Assembly: GCA_963741955.1 (NCBI GenBank)
Contig: CAVUKB010000010.1
Location: 416,001 to 480,000 of the forward strand
Reading direction: 5' to 3'
Source of the DNA: an uncultured Acidobacteriota bacterium
GTDB taxonomy: Bacteria; Acidobacteriota; Thermoanaerobaculia; Gp7-AA8
DNA length: 64,000 nucleotides
Shown here: piece after piece, positions 53,778 through 62,957 of the stretch
Position numbering within the stretch: position 1 is the first letter of the stretch
Layout: the number at the start of each line of letters is the position of its first letter
Notes under the pieces: model-generated
Told to the model about the DNA's origin: nothing
Seen by the model: only the letters and a program-made list of their open reading frames with translations
The model's database searches: none
Made by a program: the position numbers and the translations under genes

Positions 53778-54224
53778 TCAAAGGAAATACCGTTCGTCGA
53801 ATTCGATCCCGGCTTCTGTGAGAAGCTTTCGATATTCTTCTTCAAACGTGCTCTGGCGGTGATGGTCCTCCTGGTTGCGGATATACCGGCGGACGCCGTC
53901 CACGCTCGACGGGCTGACGCTGAAGCCCGCATATCCTTCCTGCCACGCGAAATCGCGGACGTTCAATTCGTCATGGACCCAGGAGGACGCTTCGCTCTTG
54001 ATCTCGCGCAACAAGTCGGCGATCCGATGAGTGGCCCGAATTCCGGCGAGGATGTGCACGTGATCGGAAATTCCGCCGATCTCGAGAGGAATAGTGTCGA
54101 GTGTCTTCAGACAACCGCCGAGGTACGCGTGAAGGCGTGGACGCCAGTCGTCTCGAATGAGCGGGCGGCGATGTTTCGTTCCGAAGACGATGTGGACATT
54201 GAGCGCGAGGAATGTCGAAGGCAT
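53778..54224 (-). CDS. tnpA: IS200/IS605-family Y1 HUH transposase (TnpA, REP-associated type), no tnpB
   Basis: Motifs HIVFGTKHR, DHVHIL (HUH), WQEGY and YIRNQ..HH (catalytic Tyr). Confidence 0.92.
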   Translation of the reverse strand: MPSTFLALNVHIVFGTKHRRPLIRDDWRPRLHAYLGGCLKTLDTIPLEIGGISDHVHILAGIRATHRIADLLREIKSEASSWVHDELNVRDFAWQEGYAGFSVSPSSVDGVRRYIRNQEDHHRQSTFEEEYRKLLTEAGIEFDERYFL

Positions 54225-54257
54225 TCGTGATTCTACCTCGGTGGCGCTGTGACCCTC

Positions 54258-54952
54258 ATCTCCGGCGCCCCTTCAGGGCGCGTGCAGGGTGTGCGTTCAA
54301 CGCGAGGAGCGGTGGGTGCGGACCGCGTTGCGGTCCTTCCCACCGGCTGATCTCCGGCGCCCCTTCGGGGCGCGTGTAGGGTGTGCGTTCAACGCGAGGA
54401 GCGGTGGGTGCGGACCGCGTTGCGGTCCTTCCCACCGGCTGATCTCCGGCGCCCCTTCGGGGCGCGTGTAGGGTGTGCGTTCAACGCGAGGAGCGGTGGG
54501 TGCGGACCGCGTTGCGGTCCTTCCCACCGGCTAATCTCCGGCGCCCCTTCGGGGCGCGTGTAGGGTGTGCGTTCAACGCGAGGAGCGGTGGGTGCGGACC
54601 GCGTTGCGGTCCTTCCCACCGGCTGATCTCCGGCGCCCCTTCGGGGCGCGTGCAGGGTGTGCGTTCAACGCGAGGAGCGGTGGGTGCGGACCGCGTTGCG
54701 GTCCTTCCCACCGGCTGATCTCCAGCGCCCCTTCGGGGCGCGTGTAGGGTGTGCGTTCAACGCGAGGAGCGGTGGGTGCGGACCGCGTTGCGGTCCTTCC
54801 CACCGGCTAATCTCCGGCGCCCCTTCGGGGCGCGTGTAGGGTGTGCGTTCAACGCGAGGAGCGGTGGGTGCGGACCGCGTTGCGGTCCTTCCCACCGGCT
54901 AATCTCCGGCGCCCCTTCGGGGCGCGTGTAGGGTGTGCGTTCAACGCGAGGA
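54258..54952 (+). repeat. Tandem array of 92-bp double-hairpin REP-like units (7 full + 1 partial), at the 5' side of tnpA, inverted relative to the 53088 array
   Basis: Unit starts at 54258, 54350, 54442, 54534, 54626, 54718, 54810 and 54902. Core TTCCCACCGGCT(A/G)ATCTCCGGCGCCCCTTCGGGGCG. Confidence 0.95.
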
Positions 54953-55040
54953 CTCTATGCCTTCGTTGCCGAAGCCGGGTGCGCCTTGCATCCAAGCCAC
55001 TCTCCACCTCCTCGCGACGAGACGGTGTGAGAAATGCGGG

Positions 55041-55838
55041 CTAGTCGCCGATGAAATTGTGCGTGAGTTTCGGGATCGCATCGTTCGACACCGCACTCAC
55101 GAATGAGATGCTCGGTTGACTTACCGTCACGGAAACGTACGTGCCACGGAGTCTCCCTTCCGGTCCGCACGCGGTGTAGCCCACCACTCCGGAGTCGAGC
55201 CGCACCGCCTGGATCGTGGTGTTGGCGGGAATCGTGATCGTGGCGGACGCAATGCTCGCGTCGTCGCACATCCGGTGGACCGACACATCCGCAACGGCGG
55301 CGTCCGTTCCCGCGTTGTAGATCGCCACGTTCACCCGCCGATCCATGAGGCCGAGATCCGTTCCCAGGAATACCTGCTCCTCATTCGCCGGCTTGAGTGC
55401 GGTGAATTCCGGGAGTGTGATCTGCCCGAGCGAGGTGGCCATGTCGTGGAATTCGCAGTCGACCGCCCTCAGCTCGAGATAAGTGTTCGTATCGACTCCC
55501 TCGGGAACGTCGAGCTTCCAGATCCAGATAGGGACACCGCCCAGCGCGCTGGGTTGCCAGGTGCCAGCCACCGCACTCTCGATCGATGAACTTGCACCCG
55601 GCGCTATGGTGAATTCCCGGCTGGGCGTGTCGATCACGCCGTTGCTCGCATCGAGCAGACGAATCGTCTGAGGCGCGTTCGTTCCGTTGTGAAAGAGCAC
55701 GTTGGAATGCCAGAACTGATAGACACAGGGGTTGATCGGCGCGCCCGCGGCTGTGACGCCGATTGTATAGAGGTCCCTCGCCGAGACCGCCGTCGCCGTC
55801 GCGATGATCAGCACGGCTATCAGAGTTCGCACGTTCAT
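55041..55838 (-). CDS. Secreted hypothetical protein (copy 1)
   Basis: Signal peptide, GGAGG RBS, paralog at 60357-61148. Confidence 0.8.
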   Translation of the reverse strand: MNVRTLIAVLIIATATAVSARDLYTIGVTAAGAPINPCVYQFWHSNVLFHNGTNAPQTIRLLDASNGVIDTPSREFTIAPGASSSIESAVAGTWQPSALGGVPIWIWKLDVPEGVDTNTYLELRAVDCEFHDMATSLGQITLPEFTALKPANEEQVFLGTDLGLMDRRVNVAIYNAGTDAAVADVSVHRMCDDASIASATITIPANTTIQAVRLDSGVVGYTACGPEGRLRGTYVSVTVSQPSISFVSAVSNDAIPKLTHNFIGD

Positions 55839-55897
55839 GTCGCCTCCTTCCAGATTCGGGACCGTCGTCCGGAGCGGTCCTCATCGATTCACAAGAT

Positions 55898-57481
55898 TCA
55901 ATACACGATCCGAGCGAGATTGACCTCTCCATTGTCAGGGCCCGGAACCGTAACGAACGCTGGGACCGCGCGTTCTCCGAACGAATAGCTCCAGTCCCAC
56001 AGTGATTGATAATCCCCGATGAAGAATGCATCCGCGCCCGCCACGGTTGAAATTAGGGTCGGATCAGATTGGCTCGACGTGATCCTCGTGTTCGGCTCGA
56101 GCCGCACGCCGTCGACGTTCAGATATGCATAGTATTCATGGTATTTCTTGTTCTGGGGGTCGTCGCGGCGATCGTAGAAGGCGATCACCACGTTGCCCGC
56201 ACTATTGAAGTCGATCGCGGGCATGAATTGATCGTTCGTGCTGTTGTCGTTCACCTGGATCGCGTTGCGCCAGCCCCAGGCGTTGCAGTTCGACGTGCAG
56301 GGCTTATAGCTATAATAGACTTCCATCGATCCGGTCTCGGCGGAATAGCCCATCCACGTGACGATAACGCGACCCGATTGGTAATGAAAGCGCGCGAGGG
56401 CGCATGTTTGCGCAGGCACGCCCGGGTAGATCGTCGGCCCCAGGTAATAGGGCCCGGTCACCTGTTCGTACCAACCAAAAGAGATTCCGTAATCGGTGGA
56501 TGACGCCACGACGATTCTCTGGTTCGTATTGTCCAACCAGAACACGTACAGTTTGCCCGTATTCGAATCCACCACGAGGTCCGGAGCAGTCACGCGGCCG
56601 ATCGAGATCACGACGGGCGTACCGAAGCTGAGGCCGCCATCGGTGCTGCGTTCGACGACGAGCGCGTTTTGCGTGCGATCGTACTCGTTCACACTCACGT
56701 AGGCGACGTACACGTATCCGAGCGTGTTCGGGTGCGTCGAGACTGCGATGGCGGGGCGATCGAGGAGGTAGTGGTTGCTGCGCATTTCAACGATGGTCGG
56801 GCCAGACCACGTCGCTCCCCCGGTGTCCGTTCGCCAGACTCCGATCGCGCTGATATCCGTGAAATTGCCGTTGTGAAGAAGGCCGGCCACGTAGACGCGC
56901 TTTCCGGCGATACCACCGGTGTAGGGGTTGACGGCCGTCTGCGGGTCGGCAGACCGCGTGTACCCGGCTGGAATGCTCAACTGGCCGGTCGTGAAGGAGG
57001 AGAAGTTCGTCGTGTAGGCGTAGTAGATCGAGGCGTACTTTTGAGGCGGACCGTACTTGATCCACGCGGATACGCTGTATTGCGTCCCAAAGACGGTCGT
57101 TGCGGTCGTCGATGGTTCCACGTCGAGATACGCATCGTTCGTGACCCGTATGGGCCCCCCTGAGAGCGACTCGACGCTGAGATTCGATGAACTATCGGTG
57201 GCGCCGCCGAATGTCTCTGCGTCGCCGACTTCGCTCGAGCGGGCCAGATCGGAGTAGAGGGCTCCGCTGAGCGTGAAGCCGTCCAGTTCAGCGCGCGTCA
57301 GGGGCGTCCGAGGAGGGCCTGGCGTCCATATCCGTGTCGGTTGTTGGTTCGGGGCGGTCGGTTTCACCGCTGCCGGCATCGCGACAGCCGGAAGCGGCGG
57401 TGGGTCGCTGGCGCGGACCGGGAGCGTAGAGGCGATCGCGACTACTGCGGCGGCGGCAAGCATGGTGCGCACGGAAGACAT
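55898..57481 (-). CDS. Secreted BNR/Asp-box beta-propeller (sialidase-like fold) protein (copy 1)
   Basis: Signal peptide; RTDTGGATW, RSTDGGLSF and SSTDYGISF Asp boxes; DQFMP, FYDRR and FIGDY motifs. Confidence 0.8.
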   Translation of the reverse strand: MSSVRTMLAAAAVVAIASTLPVRASDPPPLPAVAMPAAVKPTAPNQQPTRIWTPGPPRTPLTRAELDGFTLSGALYSDLARSSEVGDAETFGGATDSSSNLSVESLSGGPIRVTNDAYLDVEPSTTATTVFGTQYSVSAWIKYGPPQKYASIYYAYTTNFSSFTTGQLSIPAGYTRSADPQTAVNPYTGGIAGKRVYVAGLLHNGNFTDISAIGVWRTDTGGATWSGPTIVEMRSNHYLLDRPAIAVSTHPNTLGYVYVAYVSVNEYDRTQNALVVERSTDGGLSFGTPVVISIGRVTAPDLVVDSNTGKLYVFWLDNTNQRIVVASSTDYGISFGWYEQVTGPYYLGPTIYPGVPAQTCALARFHYQSGRVIVTWMGYSAETGSMEVYYSYKPCTSNCNAWGWRNAIQVNDNSTNDQFMPAIDFNSAGNVVIAFYDRRDDPQNKKYHEYYAYLNVDGVRLEPNTRITSSQSDPTLISTVAGADAFFIGDYQSLWDWSYSFGERAVPAFVTVPGPDNGEVNLARIVY

Positions 57482-57506
57482 GGAGATTCCCTTCAGAATG
57501 AAGATG

Positions 57507-57653
57507 TTAGAAGACGATTCTGGAGAGATGGATGTCACCCAGACGGGTACCGAAGATCCCCGTCCACGCACCGCTGATGCTCTCGCCATCTCCGTATATC
57601 CAATCCCAGGTGTGCTGGTCGTTCGTCTCATGGAGTTCCTCCGTCCGTTTCAT
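57507..57653 (-). pseudogene. 48-codon ORF homologous to the BNR protein C-terminus
   Basis: DQHTWDWIYGDGESISGAWTGIFGTRLGDIHLSRIVF* compared with DYQSLWDWSYSFGERAVPAFVTVPGPDNGEVNLARIVY*. Confidence 0.65.
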
Positions 57654-57740
57654 CGCGCTCGGTGTCCACGGCGTTCGACTCGCCGACGCGGTTCCTCAAA
57701 CATAGGCCGGCGCCTGCGTCACGTATAGTCGCTATTCTTG

Positions 57741-59324
57741 GGTTCTCCTAACAGGTGTGTAGGTGCGGAATGATTGTCGGAGGCATGCAGGAACGGCGAC
57801 GCGGCTGTTTTCGAGGAGCAAGTCGGTGTTCGCCGAAGCGTTCGGAAAGCGAAGTTGTGGAAACCGCGGAAAACGCCGCCACCCGGCCGCCGCGTTTTCC
57901 GCCGTTCCCACAACTTGCCCCGCCGTCGCGGAAGGATCTGAAGGAGCCCCGAAAGTCGCTGCTCGTGGAGAGGTGAAGATCGAAGCAGCGATAGCAGGTT
58001 GGAATCGGCGAACCGTGCTGCCCATTTCCCGTAGTCTGTAGTCGATGAAACCAAGACACGGGGAGGACAGGCACGGTGCGCCTGACGACATTGTTCCGGA
58101 AGTTGCTCAACATGGCAAACGTAACGGTTCGCGGGGTTCGGTTCGAAGCTCGGAGTCTCTATCTCGACGTGAGTCCAACGTGGAGACGTCCGCGGTGCGG
58201 AGGGTGCGGACGGGTTGCTCCCGAGCTTCACGGAACGGTGATGAAGCATCGCGAATGGCGTCATCTCGGCCTCTGGGGATGCCGGGTGATGCTGCGGGCG
58301 GATCTGCCGCGGGTGCGTTGCCGCCGCTGCGGGGTGCGAACGGCCGCGGTTCCGTGGGCACGGCCTGGTTCGATGTTCACCCGCGCGTTCGAAGACGAGC
58401 TTGCCTGGTTTCTGCAGCGATCCAATCAAACCGCGGTCTCGGCGTACTTCAAGGTCAGCTGGCTCACGGCCGGACGGATCGCCGCTCGAGTGGTTGCCGA
58501 AAAACGCGACCCGAACGCGCTCGAGAATCTGACCCGGATCGGCATCGACGAGATCTGCTGGGGGCGGCCGAAGAAGTTCATGACCGTGGTCACGAACCAC
58601 GAGACCGGGCAGATGATCTGGGCGGCGAAGGGTAAAAGTGCAGAGGTTCTCGACGGGCTGTTCGATCTGCTCGGCCCCGAGCGCTGCGCGCGAATCCGTC
58701 TGGTGAGCATCGACATGAGCGCGGCCTTCGAGAAAGCTGTTCGCGACCGACTGCCGAACGCCGAGGTCGTTTTCGATCGGTTCCACGTGGTCCAACTCCT
58801 CGGGAATGCGATCGATCAGGTGAGGCGGGACGAGATGCGAAAGGCCACCGGCGAGGAGCGCTCCGCTCTCAAATCCACTCGGTTCGTCCTCCTGAAGAAC
58901 CCCTGGAACCTGCGTGATGCCGAGGAGGCGAAACTCTCGGAGCTCGCGCGGATGAATCACACCCTCTTTCGCAGTTACCTGGTCAAGGAATCCTTTCAGG
59001 ACATCTATGACTCCTCGTCCGTCCGCCAAGCTGATCGACGGTTCAAGCGCTGGTATCAGTCCGCGGTTCATAGCCGCATTCAACCCCTCGTTCGCTTCGC
59101 GCGAACCGTCGCGGCGAAATGGCCTGGCATCCGCCGTTACTTCGAGTATCGACTCACGAATGCAGTTGCTGAAGGCTGCAACAACAAGATCCGAATGCTC
59201 AGTCACCGCGCTTTCGGCTTTCACACCGCGGAAGCTCTGATCGCAATGGCGTTCCTCTGTACGTCAGCAATCGCATTCCATCCTCTCGGCCTATGAACTC
59301 TGCTACACACCTGTTAGGAGATCC
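57741..59324 (+). mobile_element. ISL3-family insertion sequence, 1584 bp
   Basis: Terminal IRs GGTTCTCCTAACAGGTGTGTAG / CTACACACCTGTTAGGAGATCC (21/22 match). 8-bp TSD TATTCTTG at 57733-57740 and 59325-59332. Empty site visible in the paralogous copy near 62959. Confidence 0.95.
58076..59296 (+). CDS. ISL3-family DDE transposase
   Basis: Zn finger CGGC...CRRC; motifs IGIDE, SIDMS, FDRFHV, TNAVAEG.NNKI and RAFGF. Confidence 0.95.
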   Translation: MRLTTLFRKLLNMANVTVRGVRFEARSLYLDVSPTWRRPRCGGCGRVAPELHGTVMKHREWRHLGLWGCRVMLRADLPRVRCRRCGVRTAAVPWARPGSMFTRAFEDELAWFLQRSNQTAVSAYFKVSWLTAGRIAARVVAEKRDPNALENLTRIGIDEICWGRPKKFMTVVTNHETGQMIWAAKGKSAEVLDGLFDLLGPERCARIRLVSIDMSAAFEKAVRDRLPNAEVVFDRFHVVQLLGNAIDQVRRDEMRKATGEERSALKSTRFVLLKNPWNLRDAEEAKLSELARMNHTLFRSYLVKESFQDIYDSSSVRQADRRFKRWYQSAVHSRIQPLVRFARTVAAKWPGIRRYFEYRLTNAVAEGCNNKIRMLSHRAFGFHTAEALIAMAFLCTSAIAFHPLGL

Positions 59325-59771
59325 TATTCTTGGACATCACAATTTGCTGTGATCTGCGGATGGCCGTTGTCGATTTGGGACGCCGTGGGCGTTGGGCTTT
59401 CTCGGTAAGATCCTTGCGTCCTCCCGAGGTGTCGCTCGAAGAGTTGATAGAGTCGGCGTCGGGTGCGGATCCCGGTGCGGTACGCGATCGTGGCGTTGGA
59501 GAGGGCGGTTGTCTCAAGGAGGTGTATTGCCGCATGAATCTGGCGGCAGATGATCCAGGCGGTGGTGGTGCGGCCCGTGAGCCGCTGGAAGTGCCGGTCG
59601 AGGTGTCGCCGGCTCAGTCGGAGTGTTGCGGCGAGTTCTTTCAACCGCCGGCGTGTTCTTCCGGGCGAAGCACGTTCGGAGGTAGGATTCTGCCGTGGAC
59701 AGGAGGTCGTCCATGGAGGATCGGTGTTGCGGTACGTCTTCCTTTCGCGAGTATCTGGGCACGTCGCGCAT
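59324..59771 (-). pseudogene. Short AraC-type HTH regulator, frameshifted (copy 1)
   Basis: KELAATLRLSRRHLDRHF...IAYRTG..F...G.T...YR. One extra base at ~59643 relative to copy 2. Confidence 0.75.
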
Positions 59772-59913
59772 CGAGAAAGTCCCCTTCCATCAGGGGAGTA
59801 CCGACAGGACCGTATTTCGCTACCCCCGCCGCGCCATATCGTCACGGTCTCGTAACATCCGGAGCGTGTCGAATGGCTGGTGCTTTCGCGGATGGGGATG
59901 CGCTCGACCAGGT

Positions 59914-59952
59914 CGCGAGGAAGGTCGAAGGCATTCGTGATGGTACCTCGGT
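59914..59952 (-). pseudogene. 5' stub of tnpA (MPSTFLA plus upstream sequence)
   Basis: CGCGAGGAAGGTCGAAGGCATTCGTGATGGTACCTCGGT matches 54204-54242. Confidence 0.75.
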
Positions 59953-59968
59953 TGGCGGGAAGATACCG

Positions 59969-60270
59969 ATCTCCGGCGCCCCTTCGGGGCGGAACGATGG
60001 ATTGGAATCGCGAACGCGGGAACCGGTGGGTGCGGATCGCTGCGCGGTCCTTCCCACCGGCTAATGTCCGAGGCCCCTTCGGGGCGTGTGAGGGAATGGC
60101 GTCGGTCGCGAAAACCGGTGGGTGCGGGCCGCGATGCGGTCCTTCCCACCGGCTAATCTCCCTCGCCCCTTCGGGGCGTGTGGGGGAATGGCGTCGGTCA
60201 CGGGAACCGGTGGGTGCGGGCCGCGATGCGGTCCTTCCCACCGGCTAATGTCCGGCGCCCCTTCGGGGCG
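59969..60270 (+). repeat. Third cluster of the same REP-like unit (4 CGCCCCTTCGGGGCG-type hairpins, spacing 95/92/92 bp) with different linker sequence
   Basis: GCCCC starts at 59978, 60073, 60165 and 60257. Confidence 0.9.
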
Positions 60271-60356
60271 GGGCGCGCCCTCCTCGAGCCCTGAGTATTT
60301 CTTCGGGCGGTGGTATACCGGATGGAGATGCCGCCGCCTCGGCCCGATAGTAGGAC

Positions 60357-61148
60357 CTAGTCGCCGATGAAATTGTGCGTGAGTTTCGGGATCGTTTCGT
60401 TCGAAATCGCACTCACGAATGCGATGCTCGGCTGACTTACCGTCACGGACACGTACGTGCCGCGGCCTCTCCCTTCCGGTCCGCACGCGGTGTAGCCCAC
60501 CGCTCCCGAGGCGAGCCGCACCGCCTGGATCGTGGTGTTGGCGGGAATCGTGATCGTGGCGGATGCGATGGTCGCGTCGTCGCACATCCGGTGGACCGTC
60601 ACATCCGCAACGGCGGCCTCCGTTCCCGCATTGTAGATCGCGACGTTCACCCGCCGATCCATGAGGCCGAGATCCGTCCCGAGGAATACCTGCTCCTCAT
60701 CCGCGGGCTTGAGTGCGGTGAATTCCGGGAGCGTGATCTGCCCGAGCGAGGTGGCCATGTCGTGGAATTCGCAGTCGACCGCTCTCAGCTCGAGATAGGT
60801 GTTCGTATCGACTCCCTCGGGAACGTCGAGCTTCCAGATCCAGAGATTGTCTTCTCCGACCGCGATCGGCCGCCACTTTACATTCTCCCACTCGAGCGAG
60901 GTGCTCGCGCCGGCTGCGATGACGAACTCGCGAAAAGGCGCGTCGATGATTCCATTGCTCACACCCAGCAGGCGAATCATCTGAGGCGCGTGCGTTCCGT
61001 TGTGAAAGAGCACGTTGGATTGCCAGAACTGATAGACACACGGGTTAATGGGCGCGCCCGCGGCTTCAACGCCAATCATGTAGATGTCCTTCGCCAGCCC
61101 GGGAGCAGCGAGCGCGGCGATCAGAACTGTGAGTATCGCGTATTTCAT
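60357..61148 (-). CDS. Secreted hypothetical protein (copy 2)
   Basis: Paralog of 55041-55838; MKYAILTV signal peptide. Confidence 0.8.
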   Translation of the reverse strand: MKYAILTVLIAALAAPGLAKDIYMIGVEAAGAPINPCVYQFWQSNVLFHNGTHAPQMIRLLGVSNGIIDAPFREFVIAAGASTSLEWENVKWRPIAVGEDNLWIWKLDVPEGVDTNTYLELRAVDCEFHDMATSLGQITLPEFTALKPADEEQVFLGTDLGLMDRRVNVAIYNAGTEAAVADVTVHRMCDDATIASATITIPANTTIQAVRLASGAVGYTACGPEGRGRGTYVSVTVSQPSIAFVSAISNETIPKLTHNFIGD

Positions 61149-61222
61149 AATCTTCCTTTCTCGATATCCGGAGGCGTCGTCAGCGAAACTGCGAAGCCAC
61201 GCGTGCCGTAGTCGCGCCTGCG

Positions 61223-62707
61223 TCAATACGTGATCCGCGCAAGATCCACTTCCCCGTTGTCGGAACCTACAACCGTCGTGAACGCGGGTATGCCGCGCTC
61301 TCCGAACGAATAGGTCCAGTCCCACAGCGACTGGTAGTCGCCGATGAAGTCCACCACGGCGCCGGCGGTCGCATGGATATCTGTCGGATCTGATGGTGTA
61401 GTTGTTATTCGCGTATTTGCCTCCAAGCGCGCGCCGTCGACGTTCAGATATGCGTAGTATTCGTGATACTTTATGTTCTGGGGGTCGTCGCGGCGATCGT
61501 AGAAGGCGATCACCACGTTGCCGGCACTGTTGAAGTCGATCGCGGGCATGAATTGATCGTTCGTGCTGTTGTCGTTCACCTGGATCGGGTTGCGCCAGCC
61601 CCAGGCGTTGCAGTTCGACGTGCAGGGCTTATAGCTATAATAGACTTCCATCGATCCGGTCTCGGCGGAATAGCCCATCCACGTGACGATAACGCGACCC
61701 GATTGGTAATGGAAGCGCGCGAGGGCGCATGTTTGCGCGGGCACGCCCGGGTAGATCGTCGGCCCCAGGTAATAGGGCCCGGTCACCTGTTCGTACGAAC
61801 CAAAAGAGATTCCGTAATCGGTGGATGACGCCACGACGATTCTCTGGTTCGTATTGTCCGACCAGAACACGTACAGTTTGCCCGTATTCGAATCCACCAC
61901 GAGGTCCGGAGCAGTCACGCGGCCGATCGAGATTACGACGGGCGTACCGAAGCTAAGGCCGCCATCGGTGCTGCGTTCGACGACGAGCGCGTTTTGCGTG
62001 CGATCGTACTCGTTCACGCTCACGTAGGCGACGTACACGTATCCGAGCGTGTTCGGGTGCGTCGAGACTGCGATGGCAGGGCGATCGAGGAGGTAGTGGT
62101 TGCTGCGCATTTCAACGATGGTCGGGCCAGACCACGTACCACCGGTGTACGGGTTGACAGCCGTCTGCGGGTCGGCAGACCGCGTGTACCCGGCTGGAAT
62201 GCTCAGCTGGCCGGTCGTGAAGGAGGAGAAGTTCGTCGTGTAGGCGTAGTAGATCGAGGCGTACTTTTGAGGCGGACCGTACTTGATCCACGCGGATACG
62301 CTGTATTGCGTCCCAAAGACGGTCGTTGCGGTCGTCGATGGTTCCACGTCGAGATACGCATCGTTCGTGACCCGTATGGGCCCCCCTGAGAGCGACTCGA
62401 CGCTGAGATTCGATGAACTATCGGTGGCGCCGCCGAATGTCTCTGCGTCGCCGACTTCGCTCGAGCGGGCCAGATCGGAGTAGAGGGCTCCGCTGAGCGT
62501 GAAGCCGTCCAGTTCAGCGCGCGTCAGGGGCGTCCGAGGAGGGCCTGGCGTCCATATCCGTGTCGGTTGTTGGTTCGGGGCGGTCGGTCTCACCGCTGCC
62601 GGCATCGCGACAGCCGGAAGCGGCGGTGGGTCGCTGGCGCGGACCGGGAGCGTAGAGGCGATCGCGACTACTGCGGCGGCGGCAAGCATGGTGCGCACGG
62701 AAGACAT
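61223..62707 (-). CDS. Secreted BNR/Asp-box protein (copy 2, 33-aa in-frame deletion)
   Basis: Near-identical to copy 1 except for the deletion and a diverged C-terminus. Confidence 0.8.
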   Translation of the reverse strand: MSSVRTMLAAAAVVAIASTLPVRASDPPPLPAVAMPAAVRPTAPNQQPTRIWTPGPPRTPLTRAELDGFTLSGALYSDLARSSEVGDAETFGGATDSSSNLSVESLSGGPIRVTNDAYLDVEPSTTATTVFGTQYSVSAWIKYGPPQKYASIYYAYTTNFSSFTTGQLSIPAGYTRSADPQTAVNPYTGGTWSGPTIVEMRSNHYLLDRPAIAVSTHPNTLGYVYVAYVSVNEYDRTQNALVVERSTDGGLSFGTPVVISIGRVTAPDLVVDSNTGKLYVFWSDNTNQRIVVASSTDYGISFGSYEQVTGPYYLGPTIYPGVPAQTCALARFHYQSGRVIVTWMGYSAETGSMEVYYSYKPCTSNCNAWGWRNPIQVNDNSTNDQFMPAIDFNSAGNVVIAFYDRRDDPQNIKYHEYYAYLNVDGARLEANTRITTTPSDPTDIHATAGAVVDFIGDYQSLWDWTYSFGERGIPAFTTVVGSDNGEVDLARITY

Positions 62708-62732
62708 GGAGATTCCCTTCAGAATGAAGATG

Positions 62733-62879
62733 TTAGAAGACGATTCTGGAGAGATGGGTGTCGCCCGGACGTGCGCCGGAGATCCTCGTTCACGTGCTGC
62801 TGATGCTCTCCCCGTCTCCGTATGTCCAATCGCAGGCGTCCTGGTCGTTCGTCTCATGGGGTCCCTCCGTCCGTTTGAT
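62733..62879 (-). pseudogene. Degenerate second copy of the BNR C-terminal fragment
   Basis: DQDACDWTYGDGESISST*TRISGARPGDTHLSRIVF*; internal stop, ATG changed to ATC. Confidence 0.6.
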
Positions 62880-62957
62880 CGCGGTCGGTGTCCACGGCGT
62901 TCGACTCGCCGACGCGGTTCCTCAAACATAGGCCGGCGCCTGCGTCACGTATAGTCG

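Noticed and set aside
53088-54952. CRISPR array
   Set aside because: Units are repeated in full with no unique spacers within an array, and there are no cas genes in the window.
53041-55044. Many 60-180 aa ORFs inside the tandem arrays
   Set aside because: They are translations of the DNA repeat on both strands, with no RBS or family motifs.
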